From the NCBI GenBank assembly GCA_963667565.1, contig OY763415.1, positions 542,019 to 606,018 of the forward strand: a stretch of 64,000 bases of DNA. The letters are read 5' to 3'. Below, one piece after another: positions 51,508 through 62,495 of the stretch. This stretch comes from Acholeplasmataceae bacterium. GTDB taxonomy: Bacteria > Bacillota_I > Bacilli_A > Acholeplasmatales > Acholeplasmataceae. The notes beneath the pieces were generated by a model that ran no database searches, was not told where the DNA came from, and saw only the letters and a list, made by a program, of their open reading frames with translations. The first letter of the stretch is position 1. Each line of letters opens with the position of its first letter. The position numbers were made by a program, and so were the translations under genes.

Positions 51508-51523
51508 ATGAATAAACGTTCAC
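51508..51523. promoter_or_regulatory. Candidate TetR operator 2
   Basis: ATGAATAAACGTTCAC; its reverse complement GTGAACGTTTATTCAT matches operator 1 at 12 of 16 positions. Confidence 0.6.
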
Positions 51524-51532
51524 TTTAACTCA

Positions 51533-51561
51533 ATCTTATGCCTTTTTAATTTGTTTGTCAA
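51533..51561 (-). promoter_or_regulatory. SigA-type promoter of the maoC-bcd-etfBA operon
   Basis: TTGACA (51561-51556), 17 bp, TAAGAT (51538-51533). Confidence 0.7.
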
Positions 51562-51624
51562 TAGCTAAAAATTTTTTTATTGTCTTTTATCATCTTTTAG
51601 GTTACACTTATATTAGGTGATTGT

Positions 51625-52236
51625 ATGAATGAAGTAAATTATCGTTTACCAAAACGAAAAGATGGTCAAAAGACATTTGACCAAATCATTGAAGCAGCTA
51701 AAAAGTTATTTTCTAAAAAAGGATATTTGGCGACTTCAATTAATGAAATTATTGAAAAATCAGGAATAGCTACTGGAACATTTTATTTATATTTTGATGA
51801 TAAATTCGCATTATACTCATACATTTTAGGAAAATATAGAAAAAGTATAAGAAAAAATATCAGTGATGCAATCAAAGATGTACACACAAGATATGAAAAA
51901 GAAAGATTGGGTTTAAAAGCCTTCTTAAAGTTTGCTTGGGATGATCCACTTGCTTATCGTATCATTTGGGAATCTATGTTTGTTGATCATGATTTGTTTA
52001 AAGAGTATTATCAGACATTTAGTGATAACTATATTAGACAACTATCTCACTCTGTCGAAGAAGGTGAAGTTAGAGATGATGTGGATTTAGAAACACTAAG
52101 TTATGTATTGATGGGTATTTCCAACTTTGTTGGTATTCAAGTTATGTTTAGGGATACATTAACAGAACAAAAACTTGATTTTATCGTTGATCAAGTCATG
52201 CTTGTTTTAAAAGATGGTATGTTTGTAACTAAATAA
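51625..52236 (+). CDS. TetR/AcrR family transcriptional regulator
   Basis: N-terminal HTH (ATSINEIIEKSGIATGTFYLYF); divergent from maoC. Confidence 0.93.
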   Translation: MNEVNYRLPKRKDGQKTFDQIIEAAKKLFSKKGYLATSINEIIEKSGIATGTFYLYFDDKFALYSYILGKYRKSIRKNISDAIKDVHTRYEKERLGLKAFLKFAWDDPLAYRIIWESMFVDHDLFKEYYQTFSDNYIRQLSHSVEEGEVRDDVDLETLSYVLMGISNFVGIQVMFRDTLTEQKLDFIVDQVMLVLKDGMFVTK

Positions 52237-52272
52237 AAAAGCTTATCTTTTTAAAGATAGGCTTCTTTTTTT
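52237..52272. terminator. Bidirectional terminator
   Basis: AAGCTTATCTTT-tt-AAAGATAGGCTT plus T-run between convergent genes. Confidence 0.75.
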
Positions 52273-53124
52273 TAATAGATTGGCATCACTGTAATTTTTG
52301 AACCATCACAAGGAATATCTAAGCGACAGTTCAGTTTATTATCGATACCTTGACCAAGTTCAAATTTATAAAAATCAACAACATTTGCGTTATTTTCTTT
52401 TAGGAATGCATCGACACTTAAATTGGGATTTTTGAAAGTATGGTTGATCCAGTAATGATATGCTTTTCACATGTTGAATAAATAGGGTTTCATCAAAGTT
52501 TTGATGTTCTTTTTCATACATGAACTTCTCATAATTAATCGTATCTGGATCAATTAAATCATATGATAAATATTGTGCTTGATTCGCGACCACTTGAAGC
52601 GCAAGTGTGTTTGCAATATCTTTCTTATCTTCATTTAAAACAACCAGTGAAGCGATTCTTCCTTGATTGTGAGTATAGGTTCCAAAAGATTGTTTATCAG
52701 ATTTTCTAACACGATAGAATCTTCTAAAATTAAGATTTTCTTTGGTTAAGCCTGACAACTGTGTGACAAGTTCAGAAATCGTCTTATCGCCAACCAATAG
52801 AGCTAATGCTTGTTTTGGATTTGCAATATCACTTAAGATCAGTGGTTCTTTAATGCGCTCAATAAAATCAATAAAATGTGGATTTTTGACCAAAAAGTCT
52901 GTTTCACCATTGACTTCAAATAAGATGGCATCATTATCTTTTTCATAGACAACAACAATACCTTTGGAAGCAACTCTGTCGTTTCCTTTTTCTTTTACTT
53001 GATGTTCATCGATATAAGCTAATGATTTTTGATAGTCATCATTGGTATGTTCTAATGCTTGTTTACACAAAAGAAAACTTGCACCTGTTTCATCTCTTAA
53101 TTGTTTTAATAGTTTTGGATTCAT
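52272..53124 (-). pseudogene. tsf: Divergent elongation factor Ts paralog with a single-base frameshift near 52429-52440
   Basis: UBA-like N-terminus, EVNGETDF, YTHNQGRI; the +1 frame continues KNPNLSVDAFLKENNANVVDFYKFELGQG to TAA at 52272; span is 853 nt (3n+1). Confidence 0.8.
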
Positions 53125-53217
53125 ACGTTCACCTCATCAACATATATATTAACACAAAATAAGCAAAGATAGTTAAAATAAAGCATAAAATAAACAAAAA
53201 AGGTACAATAATGTACC

Positions 53218-54279
53218 TTATGATTCGTCATCATCAAAAAGTGATAATTGTGATGTTGATAGTTTTTGATGACCAGTAATAATTCTTTGCCAATTTGTAC
53301 TTCTACCCTTACCGAGAGGTCTAATTTTATCCTCATCTTTTAGGCGTTTAAGCGTACGATCAATAGTGGCATCACTTACATTTGGATGTCGTTTCCTTAA
53401 ATCATTTTTAGTAAAAATATCAGGCATTTTTAATATACTATTTTCTAAATTGTCAGATTTATTCAAACCTTTCTCAAAATCATATTCATGTGCGAATTGA
53501 TCAAGTTCATCATAAGCATCAATAAGTAAATGTATGAGTAAGCGATGAAGCATATCAGTTTGTGCAAATCCTTGACTCCAGTAATAGCTTGCTGTGACGG
53601 TGGCTTGTTTCCAAGCATCATAAATTTTATAAAAATATTTAAAGAAACTTACATATTTAAACACCGAAAAGTCTCTAATAATTAATGCATATAACAAGAT
53701 GAGTGATACGAGATCACCATGACTGTTTACCAAATCACTATTTTCCATGTCGACATATAAATTAATCATAAGTTGAGTGAGTTCAACTTTTTGAGATTTA
53801 AGTGTTTTTTGATAGAGTTCAAAGAGTTTTTCAAGATCTTCTTTTTTAGAGTGCTTCTTCATCTTTAATAAGCCATCATCTAATGCTTCATAAGTATTAA
53901 ATGTGATGGATTCATATTGATGAGATAAGAGTTTGATTAAATTACCAACTTCATTAACTAAAAGTTCAAAATCATCTGGATTTTTCTTTAGTTGAATATA
54001 AGCAGTTTTTAGATTATTAAACAAATACTCATCTTTTGTACGCGCACTCATTTTTTTCTTACTAAATAACTTTAAACGAGCATCTGTCATTTGTAAATTA
54101 AGACATTTACCTAAATAATAAAGATCAACAGCTTGTGTTTGACGGAAGTACACACTTTGATCGCGACTAAAAAGATCATCATAATAAAATGATTTACCTT
54201 TGTTTTCATAAAGTGATAATAATAGCATAATCACTTCATTAGTCATTTGAATGCGATCAATATTTTTAAGTGCGTTCAT
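53218..54279 (-). CDS. Fic-like protein with degenerate catalytic loop and C-terminal winged-HTH
   Basis: C-terminal FTKNDLRKRHPNVSDATIDRTLKRLKDEDKIRPLGKGRS resembles the tail of Bacillota Fic proteins; no HPFxDGNGR motif. Confidence 0.55.
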   Translation of the reverse strand: MNALKNIDRIQMTNEVIMLLLSLYENKGKSFYYDDLFSRDQSVYFRQTQAVDLYYLGKCLNLQMTDARLKLFSKKKMSARTKDEYLFNNLKTAYIQLKKNPDDFELLVNEVGNLIKLLSHQYESITFNTYEALDDGLLKMKKHSKKEDLEKLFELYQKTLKSQKVELTQLMINLYVDMENSDLVNSHGDLVSLILLYALIIRDFSVFKYVSFFKYFYKIYDAWKQATVTASYYWSQGFAQTDMLHRLLIHLLIDAYDELDQFAHEYDFEKGLNKSDNLENSILKMPDIFTKNDLRKRHPNVSDATIDRTLKRLKDEDKIRPLGKGRSTNWQRIITGHQKLSTSQLSLFDDDES

Positions 54280-54287
54280 CTTATCTC

Positions 54288-55928
54288 CTATTCTCTAAAG
54301 CAGCTATCTCCAATAAATTCTCTTAATAATGAGTTATTTGGAACCAATTCATCATCAATATCTTTAATGTACTTTAAGAATTTTAATAATCTATTTGCAG
54401 TAATGAAATGTTCATTATCTCTATCGATATCTTCTAATTGTTTAACGGCATGTTTCTTTAAGACAGCAAGTTCATAAGTAAGTTCTGAGTTAAAGACATA
54501 ATCTGCTTCATTTTGGAATGGATAAATCCATTTAAATTCACCTTTTCTAACATTTGACCACATATCCATGGTCATCGCTGCTGAAGAGTTACGATATTTT
54601 TGATCTCTAACAATTCTTCTTAATAATCTAAGTTCTGTAATGCTTATTGGATTTAGGTCATCAATATGTAATTGTGTTTGAGGTGCAATATAGATTTTAT
54701 ATTTTTGATGTTTAGGAATACTATAGGTTAATCGTTCATTTAATGCATGAATACCTTCAATGATAATAGGTGTATCATGTTGTAATTTAACGACATGTCC
54801 TGCTTCTCTTAAACCTGTTTTAAAATTAAATTTAGGAAGTGTAACAGTTTCACCTTGAATGAGTTTTAACATATCATGATTAAATAATTCTAAATCAAGT
54901 GCTTCAACATGTTCTAAATCAGGTTGTCCAAAATCATCTTTAGGTGCAAACTCTTTTCCTAAATAGTAATCATCAATTGAAATCATCACTGGTTTAATAC
55001 CTCTTGACATGAGTTCAATTCTTAATCTATTTGAGAAAGTAGTTTTACCACTTGATGATGGACCTGCAATACCGATTAATTTGATACTATCAATATTAAA
55101 TTCAATTTGATCACCAAGTTCATGAAGCATATGTGAATGTTTTGATTCACACATATTGACAAAATCAGTTGCTGATTTTTTGTTTAATGCATACTGATTC
55201 ATTTTAGCAATGGTATTACCATCAATGATTTTACCCCATTTGGCAACATCTTTTAAAGCGCGTCCAAAATTAGGCTCATCAATAAATGTAGGGATTTCTC
55301 CATTTAATTCAGCTCTTGGATATTGGATGATAAATCCTGGATAATATAAAAACATATTAAATGACTTTAAATAACCAGTACTTGGTAGCATATAGCCAAA
55401 CATATAGTTAATATATTCATCGCAAGCATAGTAGTTTACATCCTTATCTTCACGATATTTTAAGATGTCTACTTTATCTTCCATACCAAATGAATCATAT
55501 AATTTGATGGCTTTATCTAGCGCCATCGTGTGTCTTTCTATTTTATAGTCTGCATCAACAATCTTTTGAACTTCATCATTGATTTGACTGACAATTTTAG
55601 GTGATAATAAATGTTTAAAATTTTCAAATGTTGCTAAAATTGCTCTAGAAATTGAATAACTAAATTTCAATTTAACATTTGGATATAAATGCTGAACTGC
55701 CATAGCAACCACATATCTTAGTGTGGATTCATAAATCTTAATGGCATCAGGATCATCCATGGTTAAATATTCGATATCACAATCTTTTTTAATACAATAT
55801 GTCAACTCTCTAAGTCTGCCATCGACTTTCGCTGCTAACACATGTTCTAACTGAAGTTTTTGACTGATACTTTCTAATGTTTGTTCTTTTTCAAAAACTT
55901 CCTTTTTTCCATTTACTACTATATTCAT
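54288..55928 (-). CDS. Uridine kinase-family protein with ThrRS-like (TGS) N-terminal region
   Basis: N-terminal LAAKVDGRLREL TGS-like segment; P-loop GPSSSGKTT, IIIEGIHAL, RRIVRD. Confidence 0.85.
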   Translation of the reverse strand: MNIVVNGKKEVFEKEQTLESISQKLQLEHVLAAKVDGRLRELTYCIKKDCDIEYLTMDDPDAIKIYESTLRYVVAMAVQHLYPNVKLKFSYSISRAILATFENFKHLLSPKIVSQINDEVQKIVDADYKIERHTMALDKAIKLYDSFGMEDKVDILKYREDKDVNYYACDEYINYMFGYMLPSTGYLKSFNMFLYYPGFIIQYPRAELNGEIPTFIDEPNFGRALKDVAKWGKIIDGNTIAKMNQYALNKKSATDFVNMCESKHSHMLHELGDQIEFNIDSIKLIGIAGPSSSGKTTFSNRLRIELMSRGIKPVMISIDDYYLGKEFAPKDDFGQPDLEHVEALDLELFNHDMLKLIQGETVTLPKFNFKTGLREAGHVVKLQHDTPIIIEGIHALNERLTYSIPKHQKYKIYIAPQTQLHIDDLNPISITELRLLRRIVRDQKYRNSSAAMTMDMWSNVRKGEFKWIYPFQNEADYVFNSELTYELAVLKKHAVKQLEDIDRDNEHFITANRLLKFLKYIKDIDDELVPNNSLLREFIGDSCFRE

Positions 55929-55948
55929 ATTTTTCTCCTTAACAATGA

Positions 55949-58540
55949 TTAATCCTCATCATCAAACAAATCAAAACGCGATATCGTTATTTTCTTATGA
56001 TCTTTTGTTTCAACTGCTTCTTCTTTAACAGCTTTTAAGATATCTTGTACTTCTTTTGATTGTTCAGTTGGTTTTTTAGGTTTAACTTTTACCGCTTCAT
56101 CATGTGTTGCATTGTCAATGTATATTTTTATCGCATCGCCAACTTTTGATGGATCAATCATTTTCTTTCCAAATTTATTATAATTTCCTTTCAAATCAGA
56201 TGCAGTCGTCAGTAAACAACTTGTCTTACTAATAATTCTAACTTTAACATCTTCTTTGATTTGTGCACGTGATAAACGTGCTAAATCTACACCCTCATGT
56301 GGATTAGATTTTAAGTGGTCAATGATTAAAATACCTCGTCTATTTCGATTGTATAAAGGTATTTCATTGACGACATCAGTAATGATATGTCCTCTTGATG
56401 TTAGACATGCTAATTCATCGCTTTCATATGCATAACGTGATGCTACTAAGCCATCTGAATCACTGATTGACATACCTTTAACACCACCAGCTTGCAAGCC
56501 GTATGTAGGTAGGTCATCTGTTTTCATTCTAAGTAGATATCCTTTTTTAGATAAAGAAATAATATTGTCCTTCTCGCCTAAGTCAACAGATATTAATTCA
56601 TCATCATCTTGAAGTTTCATAGCTCTTACTGGTTTTGTAAAACGACTCACTTCAAAATCTTGTAGTTTTGCTTGTTTCATCATGCCGCTCTTTGAAGCAA
56701 GTAAGAAATAAGTGTCTTCATTAAATTTAGGGATACTATAAACATCAACTAATCTTTCATCTGATTCAATAGGTGTGATGTTTCCCATATATATACCAAG
56801 ATCTTTCCATTTTTGTTCATCGATTTTATACACGGGTAAGTATATATAATTACCTTTACTGGTAAATAATAAAAGTGTGTCTAATGTACTTGTTTCCTTT
56901 TCATAGACTAAGACATCATCTTGTTTTAATCCAGGTTCAGGTGTCGCTTGATAACTTCTTAAACTAGAACGTTTGACGTAGCCTTCTTTAGAAATACCAA
57001 TCATCACCATTTCTTCTGACACTAAATCTTTTTCATCAATTTTAATGGTTTCAATTTCATCTTCGATAATTGTTTTACGATCATCACCAATCAGTTTAAC
57101 AACATCAAGTAACTCTTTCTTTATGACTTTCTTTAAGACCGATTCACTTGATAAAATTTTGTTGAGTTCTTCTATTTTATCACTTAAATCTTGACTTTCA
57201 TTCTGTAAAGCTAAAATGTCTGTATTTGAAAGTCTGTAAAGTTGTAAAGTCACAATCGCTTCAGCTTGTAAATCTGTAAACCCAAAAGCGCTCATGATGT
57301 TTTCTTTGGCGTCTTTCTTATTGTTTGAAGAACGAATGATTTTAACAATTTCTTCAACAACAGATACCATCTTAATTAAACCTTCAACGATATGCTGACG
57401 TTTCATTGCTTTTTCTAATTCATAATTTGAACGATTTGTAATCACATCTTTTTGATGATCAACATACGCTTTAATAATAGGTAGTGCACCAACTAAGACT
57501 GGTCTATGATTCATAATTGCGACCATGTTATAGTTGTATGAAACTTGCAAGTCAGTTGATTTATATAATAAGTTAAGCATTAATGATGCATCTGCACCTT
57601 TTTTTAGGTCAATCGCGATTCTTAAACCTTCTTGGTCACTCTCATCACGAATTTCTAAGATATCATCAATATTTTTATCAATTCTTAAAGTATCCATTGC
57701 TCTGACTAAATCAGCTTTATTGACTTCATAAGGAATTTCAGTGATAACGATACGTTCTTGTGATTTCGAGATTTCCTCAAATTCAGCTTTTGCTCTAATC
57801 ATCATCTTTCCTGAACCCGTGGTTAGTGCATCTTTAATACCATCTTTTCCTTGGACAATACCACCTGTAGGAAAATCAGGACCATGAATAATATTTAAAA
57901 TCTCGTCGATTGAAATGTTTTCGTTATCTATATATGCTATGGATGCATGAATGACTTCAGTTAAGTTGTGTGGCGGAATCTTAGTTGCATACCCAGCAGA
58001 AATTCCAGTTGCTCCATTAACAAGTAAATTAGGGAATTTAGCTGGTAAAACAGTAGGTTCTAATTCTTCATCATCGAAATTAGGGATAAAAGGAACTGTT
58101 CTTTTTTCAATATCTTGAAGTAATAGCTCTGAGGCAAGTGATAATCTAGCTTCTGTATAACGCATTGCAGCTGCTGAATCACCATCAATTGAACCATTAT
58201 TTCCATGCATATCAATGAGAATTTGTCTCATTTTAAAGTCTTGTGAAAGTCTAACCATTGCTTCATAAATTGATGAATCACCATGTGGATGATATTTACC
58301 CATAACTTCACCAGCAATTCTTGCTGATTTTTTATAAGGTTTATTATGAAACATACCTAATTGTTGCATCGCATATAAAATTCGGCGTTGTACTGGCTTT
58401 AGGCCATCTCTAGCATCGGGCAATGCACGGTCTTGGATAATATATTTAGAATATTTACCAAATCGATCAGAGACAATTTCTTCAAGTGGTGTTGCAATAA
58501 TATTTTCAATAAATGTATCTATCTTCTTAGAAACAGACAT
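55949..58540 (-). CDS. parC: DNA topoisomerase IV subunit A
   Basis: [24 protein letters not shown] (catalytic Tyr); follows parE next to plsY. Confidence 0.93.
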   Translation of the reverse strand: MSVSKKIDTFIENIIATPLEEIVSDRFGKYSKYIIQDRALPDARDGLKPVQRRILYAMQQLGMFHNKPYKKSARIAGEVMGKYHPHGDSSIYEAMVRLSQDFKMRQILIDMHGNNGSIDGDSAAAMRYTEARLSLASELLLQDIEKRTVPFIPNFDDEELEPTVLPAKFPNLLVNGATGISAGYATKIPPHNLTEVIHASIAYIDNENISIDEILNIIHGPDFPTGGIVQGKDGIKDALTTGSGKMMIRAKAEFEEISKSQERIVITEIPYEVNKADLVRAMDTLRIDKNIDDILEIRDESDQEGLRIAIDLKKGADASLMLNLLYKSTDLQVSYNYNMVAIMNHRPVLVGALPIIKAYVDHQKDVITNRSNYELEKAMKRQHIVEGLIKMVSVVEEIVKIIRSSNNKKDAKENIMSAFGFTDLQAEAIVTLQLYRLSNTDILALQNESQDLSDKIEELNKILSSESVLKKVIKKELLDVVKLIGDDRKTIIEDEIETIKIDEKDLVSEEMVMIGISKEGYVKRSSLRSYQATPEPGLKQDDVLVYEKETSTLDTLLLFTSKGNYIYLPVYKIDEQKWKDLGIYMGNITPIESDERLVDVYSIPKFNEDTYFLLASKSGMMKQAKLQDFEVSRFTKPVRAMKLQDDDELISVDLGEKDNIISLSKKGYLLRMKTDDLPTYGLQAGGVKGMSISDSDGLVASRYAYESDELACLTSRGHIITDVVNEIPLYNRNRRGILIIDHLKSNPHEGVDLARLSRAQIKEDVKVRIISKTSCLLTTASDLKGNYNKFGKKMIDPSKVGDAIKIYIDNATHDEAVKVKPKKPTEQSKEVQDILKAVKEEAVETKDHKKITISRFDLFDDED

Positions 58541-60501
58541 TATTCTCCACCCCTTTCAAGATCAAAGTCATCAGACATTTCAAAATCGACATTTTCTTCG
58601 ATCCATTCACGTCTAGGTTCAACCTTATCACCCATGAGTGTTGAAATTCTACGATCAGATGAACTCACATCATCAATTCTTACTTGAATTAATGAACGTG
58701 ACTGAGGATCCATCGTTGTTTCCCATAATTGATTTGCGTTCATTTCACCTAATCCTTTGTATCTTTGAATGGTATAAGGATTACCATTAATGTATGAGCG
58801 AAGTTCTTCATCGCTCCATGCATAAAATGATTCGTCTTTACGACCATTTTTTCTTGTTATTTTATAAAGTGGTGGTTGTGCAATATATAAACGTCCATCT
58901 TCAATGAGTGGTCTCATAAATCTAAAGAAGAAAGTTAATAATAATACTTGGATATGAGCACCATCAGTGTCAGCATCCGTCATAATAATAACTTTATTAT
59001 AATTGCATTTCTTTAAATTAAAGTCAGGGCCAAAATCAGCGCCAATCGTATAGATCATTGTCGAAATTTCTTCATTTTTAAGAATTTGATCTAAACTTGC
59101 TTTTTCAGTATTAATAACCTTACCACGAAGTGGCAGTATGGCTTGAAATCTTCGGTTTCTACCTTGTTTTGCTGAACCTCCTGCAGAATCCCCTTCCACT
59201 AAGAAAAGTTCATTAACAGACTTATCTTTACCTTGTGCAGGCGATAATTTCCCACTTAAGGAGATTTCTTTTTTATTTTTAGTTTTTCCATTTCTTGCTT
59301 CTTCACGTGCTTTTCTTGCAGCTTCTCTCGCTTTTTGAGCATTTTGAGATCTTTGGATAATTTCTTGTGCAACTTTCTTGTTTTCTTCAAGATAAGTCGT
59401 CATATTTTCATAGAGCACATTATCTGTAGCATTTCTTGCTTCAGGTGTACCAAGTTTTCCTTTAGTTTGACCTTCAAATTCAAGGACTTCTTCAGGGATT
59501 CTTAGCGATATGATTGCTGTTAAACCTTCTCTGATATCTGAACCATCAAGATTTGGGTCTTTATCTTTAATCATTGAATATTTTCTAGCATAATCATTAA
59601 CTGATCTAGTCATTGCTGATCTAAAACCAGTCTCATGTGTTCCGCCATCTCTAGTTCTTACATTATTTACAAATGAGATGATATTTTCCGTGTATGTTGC
59701 GCTAAATTGAAATGAAATATCAACCTCAATAGATTTCTTCTTGTTATGCTCTAAAGGAAACTCTTGTTCGATTAAAACAACATCATTTAAAGTCTTTTTA
59801 TTTTCATTGAGTAAATCAATATATGCTTTTATACCTTCTTCATATTGAAAGACTTCTTTTTGCTTATGTCTTTGGTCACTTAAAACCATCTTTAATCCTT
59901 TGATTAAAAATGCGGATTCTCTTAATCTTTCTTTAATAAGATCATATGAAAATAAAGTCGTAGAAAACATTTTAGGATCTGGTTTAAATAAGACGGTTGT
60001 TCCTGTTTTCTTAGTTTCACCGATTTTCTTTAAGGGTTCGATTTTTCTACCACCATTAGAGAAACGTTGTTGCCAAATGCCTTGGTCTCTATAGATAGTG
60101 ACTTCTAAGAATTGAGAAAGTGCATTAACAACACTTGAACCTACACCATGAAGACCACCGGATACTTTGTATCCGCTTTGATCAGAGAACTTACCACCTG
60201 CATGTAGAACAGTAAAAATCACTTCTGTGGTAGGTTTACCAGAAGCGTGCATTTTATAAGGCATTCCACGACCATTATCAATGACTTCAATACTGTTATC
60301 AGGTTTAATTGTCACTATAATTTCATTCGCGTATCCACCAAGTGCTTCATCAATTGCATTATCTACAATTTCCCAAACTAAATGGTGTAGTCCTCTTTGA
60401 TCGGTAGAACCGATATACATACCAGGACGTTTTCGTACTGCCTCTAATCCTTCAAGGATTTGTATGGATTGTTCATCATAATTTTTGACTGTCTTATTCA
60501 C
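58540..60501 (-). CDS. parE: DNA topoisomerase IV subunit B
   Basis: [48 protein letters not shown]. Confidence 0.93.
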   Translation of the reverse strand: MNKTVKNYDEQSIQILEGLEAVRKRPGMYIGSTDQRGLHHLVWEIVDNAIDEALGGYANEIIVTIKPDNSIEVIDNGRGMPYKMHASGKPTTEVIFTVLHAGGKFSDQSGYKVSGGLHGVGSSVVNALSQFLEVTIYRDQGIWQQRFSNGGRKIEPLKKIGETKKTGTTVLFKPDPKMFSTTLFSYDLIKERLRESAFLIKGLKMVLSDQRHKQKEVFQYEEGIKAYIDLLNENKKTLNDVVLIEQEFPLEHNKKKSIEVDISFQFSATYTENIISFVNNVRTRDGGTHETGFRSAMTRSVNDYARKYSMIKDKDPNLDGSDIREGLTAIISLRIPEEVLEFEGQTKGKLGTPEARNATDNVLYENMTTYLEENKKVAQEIIQRSQNAQKAREAARKAREEARNGKTKNKKEISLSGKLSPAQGKDKSVNELFLVEGDSAGGSAKQGRNRRFQAILPLRGKVINTEKASLDQILKNEEISTMIYTIGADFGPDFNLKKCNYNKVIIMTDADTDGAHIQVLLLTFFFRFMRPLIEDGRLYIAQPPLYKITRKNGRKDESFYAWSDEELRSYINGNPYTIQRYKGLGEMNANQLWETTMDPQSRSLIQVRIDDVSSSDRRISTLMGDKVEPRREWIEENVDFEMSDDFDLERGGE

Positions 60502-60632
60502 ATGATCACCAACTTAATATTATGTATTAATTATATCAAAAAACATAGTCATAAACAATCTTTGAATATGTTTTATATATAGATGAATTTTTAAACAAAC
60601 AATGTTATAATAAATCGTAATGAGGTGAAAGT

Positions 60633-61271
60633 ATGACTTATTTATACATTGGGTTGCTACTTATTGTATCATATCTTATTGGATCTATACAAAGTGGTTT
60701 AATTATAGGAAAAGTTTTTAAAAAAGTAGATATCAGGGAACACGGTTCTAAAAACACTGGAGCAACAAACGCAATTAGAGTTTTAGGATTTAAATATGGC
60801 ATATGGGCATTTTTATTTGATACGATTAAAGGTGCTTTAATGATCTCAGTTCTAAAATATACACATGCAACAGATTTTTATATGATCAACCAGTTAAATT
60901 TTATTTCTATCTATGGATTTGTCGCTGTTCTAGGTCATGTATTTTCAGTGTTTAATCATTTTAAAGGCGGTAAAGCAGTTGCAACTTCTCTTGGTGCTAT
61001 TCTTGCTATTGAGCCAATAATCGCTATCATCATCGGTATTGTTTTCTTAACAGTATTCTTAATCACTAGATATGTATCATTAGGTTCAACTTTTGCTGCT
61101 ATAACGACTATAGTCGGATTTATAATCCGTTTGTTCATACCTATTAAAGATATGAATATAGAATCAAAAATATTTGAGATTGTTGTTTTTATTTTATTAG
61201 CTTCGCTTATTTTTATAAAGCATAAAGCAAATTATCAAAGATTAAAAACAGGCACCGAACATAAAATGTAA
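60633..61271 (+). CDS. plsY: Glycerol-3-phosphate acyltransferase
   Basis: GSKNTGATN, LGHVF, FKGGKAVAT, KHKAN; divergent from parE. Confidence 0.95.
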   Translation: MTYLYIGLLLIVSYLIGSIQSGLIIGKVFKKVDIREHGSKNTGATNAIRVLGFKYGIWAFLFDTIKGALMISVLKYTHATDFYMINQLNFISIYGFVAVLGHVFSVFNHFKGGKAVATSLGAILAIEPIIAIIIGIVFLTVFLITRYVSLGSTFAAITTIVGFIIRLFIPIKDMNIESKIFEIVVFILLASLIFIKHKANYQRLKTGTEHKM

Positions 61272-61296
61272 AAAAAAAAGACATTCTTGAAATGTC

Positions 61297-61521
61297 TTAT
61301 TTATATTGGTTCATTGAACTAAGTATTTGTCTGACTTGTTTTTCAGATGGTGTACGTCCCATTTGACGCATCATTTCACGAATCATTTGTTCATTGACTG
61401 GTGGATTCTTTTTCAAGTAACGTTGGAACCATGCTCTAGCGCCAAAGAAACCAGCAACCCCACCAACTAGTAAGACACCAACCAATAATAATATATCTCC
61501 TAATAATGAAAACCCTGGCAT
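61297..61521 (-). CDS. YneF/UPF0154 family small membrane protein
   Basis: TM helix then [27 protein letters not shown]. Confidence 0.92.
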   Translation of the reverse strand: MPGFSLLGDILLLVGVLLVGGVAGFFGARAWFQRYLKKNPPVNEQMIREMMRQMGRTPSEKQVRQILSSMNQYK

Positions 61522-61621
61522 ATGCTCACACTCCTATCATATCTATTCTACTTGATTAAAATTAAAATTACAAGAATAATATGATAAGATATAAATTTGA
61601 TGAAATAGAGGTCTTAAATAA

Positions 61622-62485
61622 ATGGAATTTTTTAATTTTCTACTCGATTTTTTATCGTATATCATGTTATCATATTTTATTTTTCAAATTTTTGGTAGAA
61701 AAAGATATATATCCTTAATCGTATTTGCCATCTTAATTATTTCATCACTTGTCAATTTGGTGAGTGTAATTTATACAGGTTATGGTATTCTAGCGATTTT
61801 ATATACATTTATTGTTGATCCACTTCCTATTATCTTAGCGTTATTTGTCTATTTGTACCTAACTAGATCTTATCGTGTTAGAATACGTGAGAAAAAGCCA
61901 AAAGGATTAAAATTAAAAAATATCTATACGACGGTTTTTCCTACCAAATATATTTTTAGATTATCGTTATTTGGTAGTATTTTATCAGGGCTTGTCATCA
62001 TCTTAATCTTAGTTAATTATTATCTTGATTATACATATATGAGCACACTTGTATTTACTGGTTCTCTCATTTTATCAGGACTTATTATGTTATTTTCTAT
62101 TTATCAGTTATATAGTGTTAAACAAATTGACTATGATCGTTTTATAGTCTATATTGGTAAACATAAAGAAAAGTGTTATGCTTATGATTTAAAAGAAATG
62201 ACACATCCACTTCAGATGTCTGATGTATTTACAAATCAAGATTATTTATGTGATGAAGTTGGAGTGATTAAAGTATATCAAGGTTATAAACTGATTGAAA
62301 AAAATTATTTATATTGGATTGCCACTTCACAAGACGTTGAAATCAAGATCGAAGGGTTTCATATAACTTCAAATGTATTTAAACCCTTTGTTGAGGATAT
62401 ATCCAAATATCAAAAGGTAAAAATCAAGCTACAACTTGAACATGGACAATATATCATAGATCCAAAAAATAATGGTGCCAATTAG
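61622..62485 (+). CDS. Hypothetical membrane protein (multi-TM N-terminus, soluble C-terminus)
   Basis: Long ORF with own promoter-like upstream region and downstream hairpin. Confidence 0.7.
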   Translation: MEFFNFLLDFLSYIMLSYFIFQIFGRKRYISLIVFAILIISSLVNLVSVIYTGYGILAILYTFIVDPLPIILALFVYLYLTRSYRVRIREKKPKGLKLKNIYTTVFPTKYIFRLSLFGSILSGLVIILILVNYYLDYTYMSTLVFTGSLILSGLIMLFSIYQLYSVKQIDYDRFIVYIGKHKEKCYAYDLKEMTHPLQMSDVFTNQDYLCDEVGVIKVYQGYKLIEKNYLYWIATSQDVEIKIEGFHITSNVFKPFVEDISKYQKVKIKLQLEHGQYIIDPKNNGAN

Positions 62486-62495
62486 GCACCATTTT

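Noticed and set aside
35036-52236. PHA biosynthesis locus
   Set aside because: No PhaC/PhaE/PhaR synthase or phasin in the window; one elsewhere in the genome cannot be excluded.
53135-53150. Second dif-like site (ACATATATATTAAC) that might bound an Xer-integrated island
   Set aside because: Only the AT core matches; neither 11-bp arm resembles dif.
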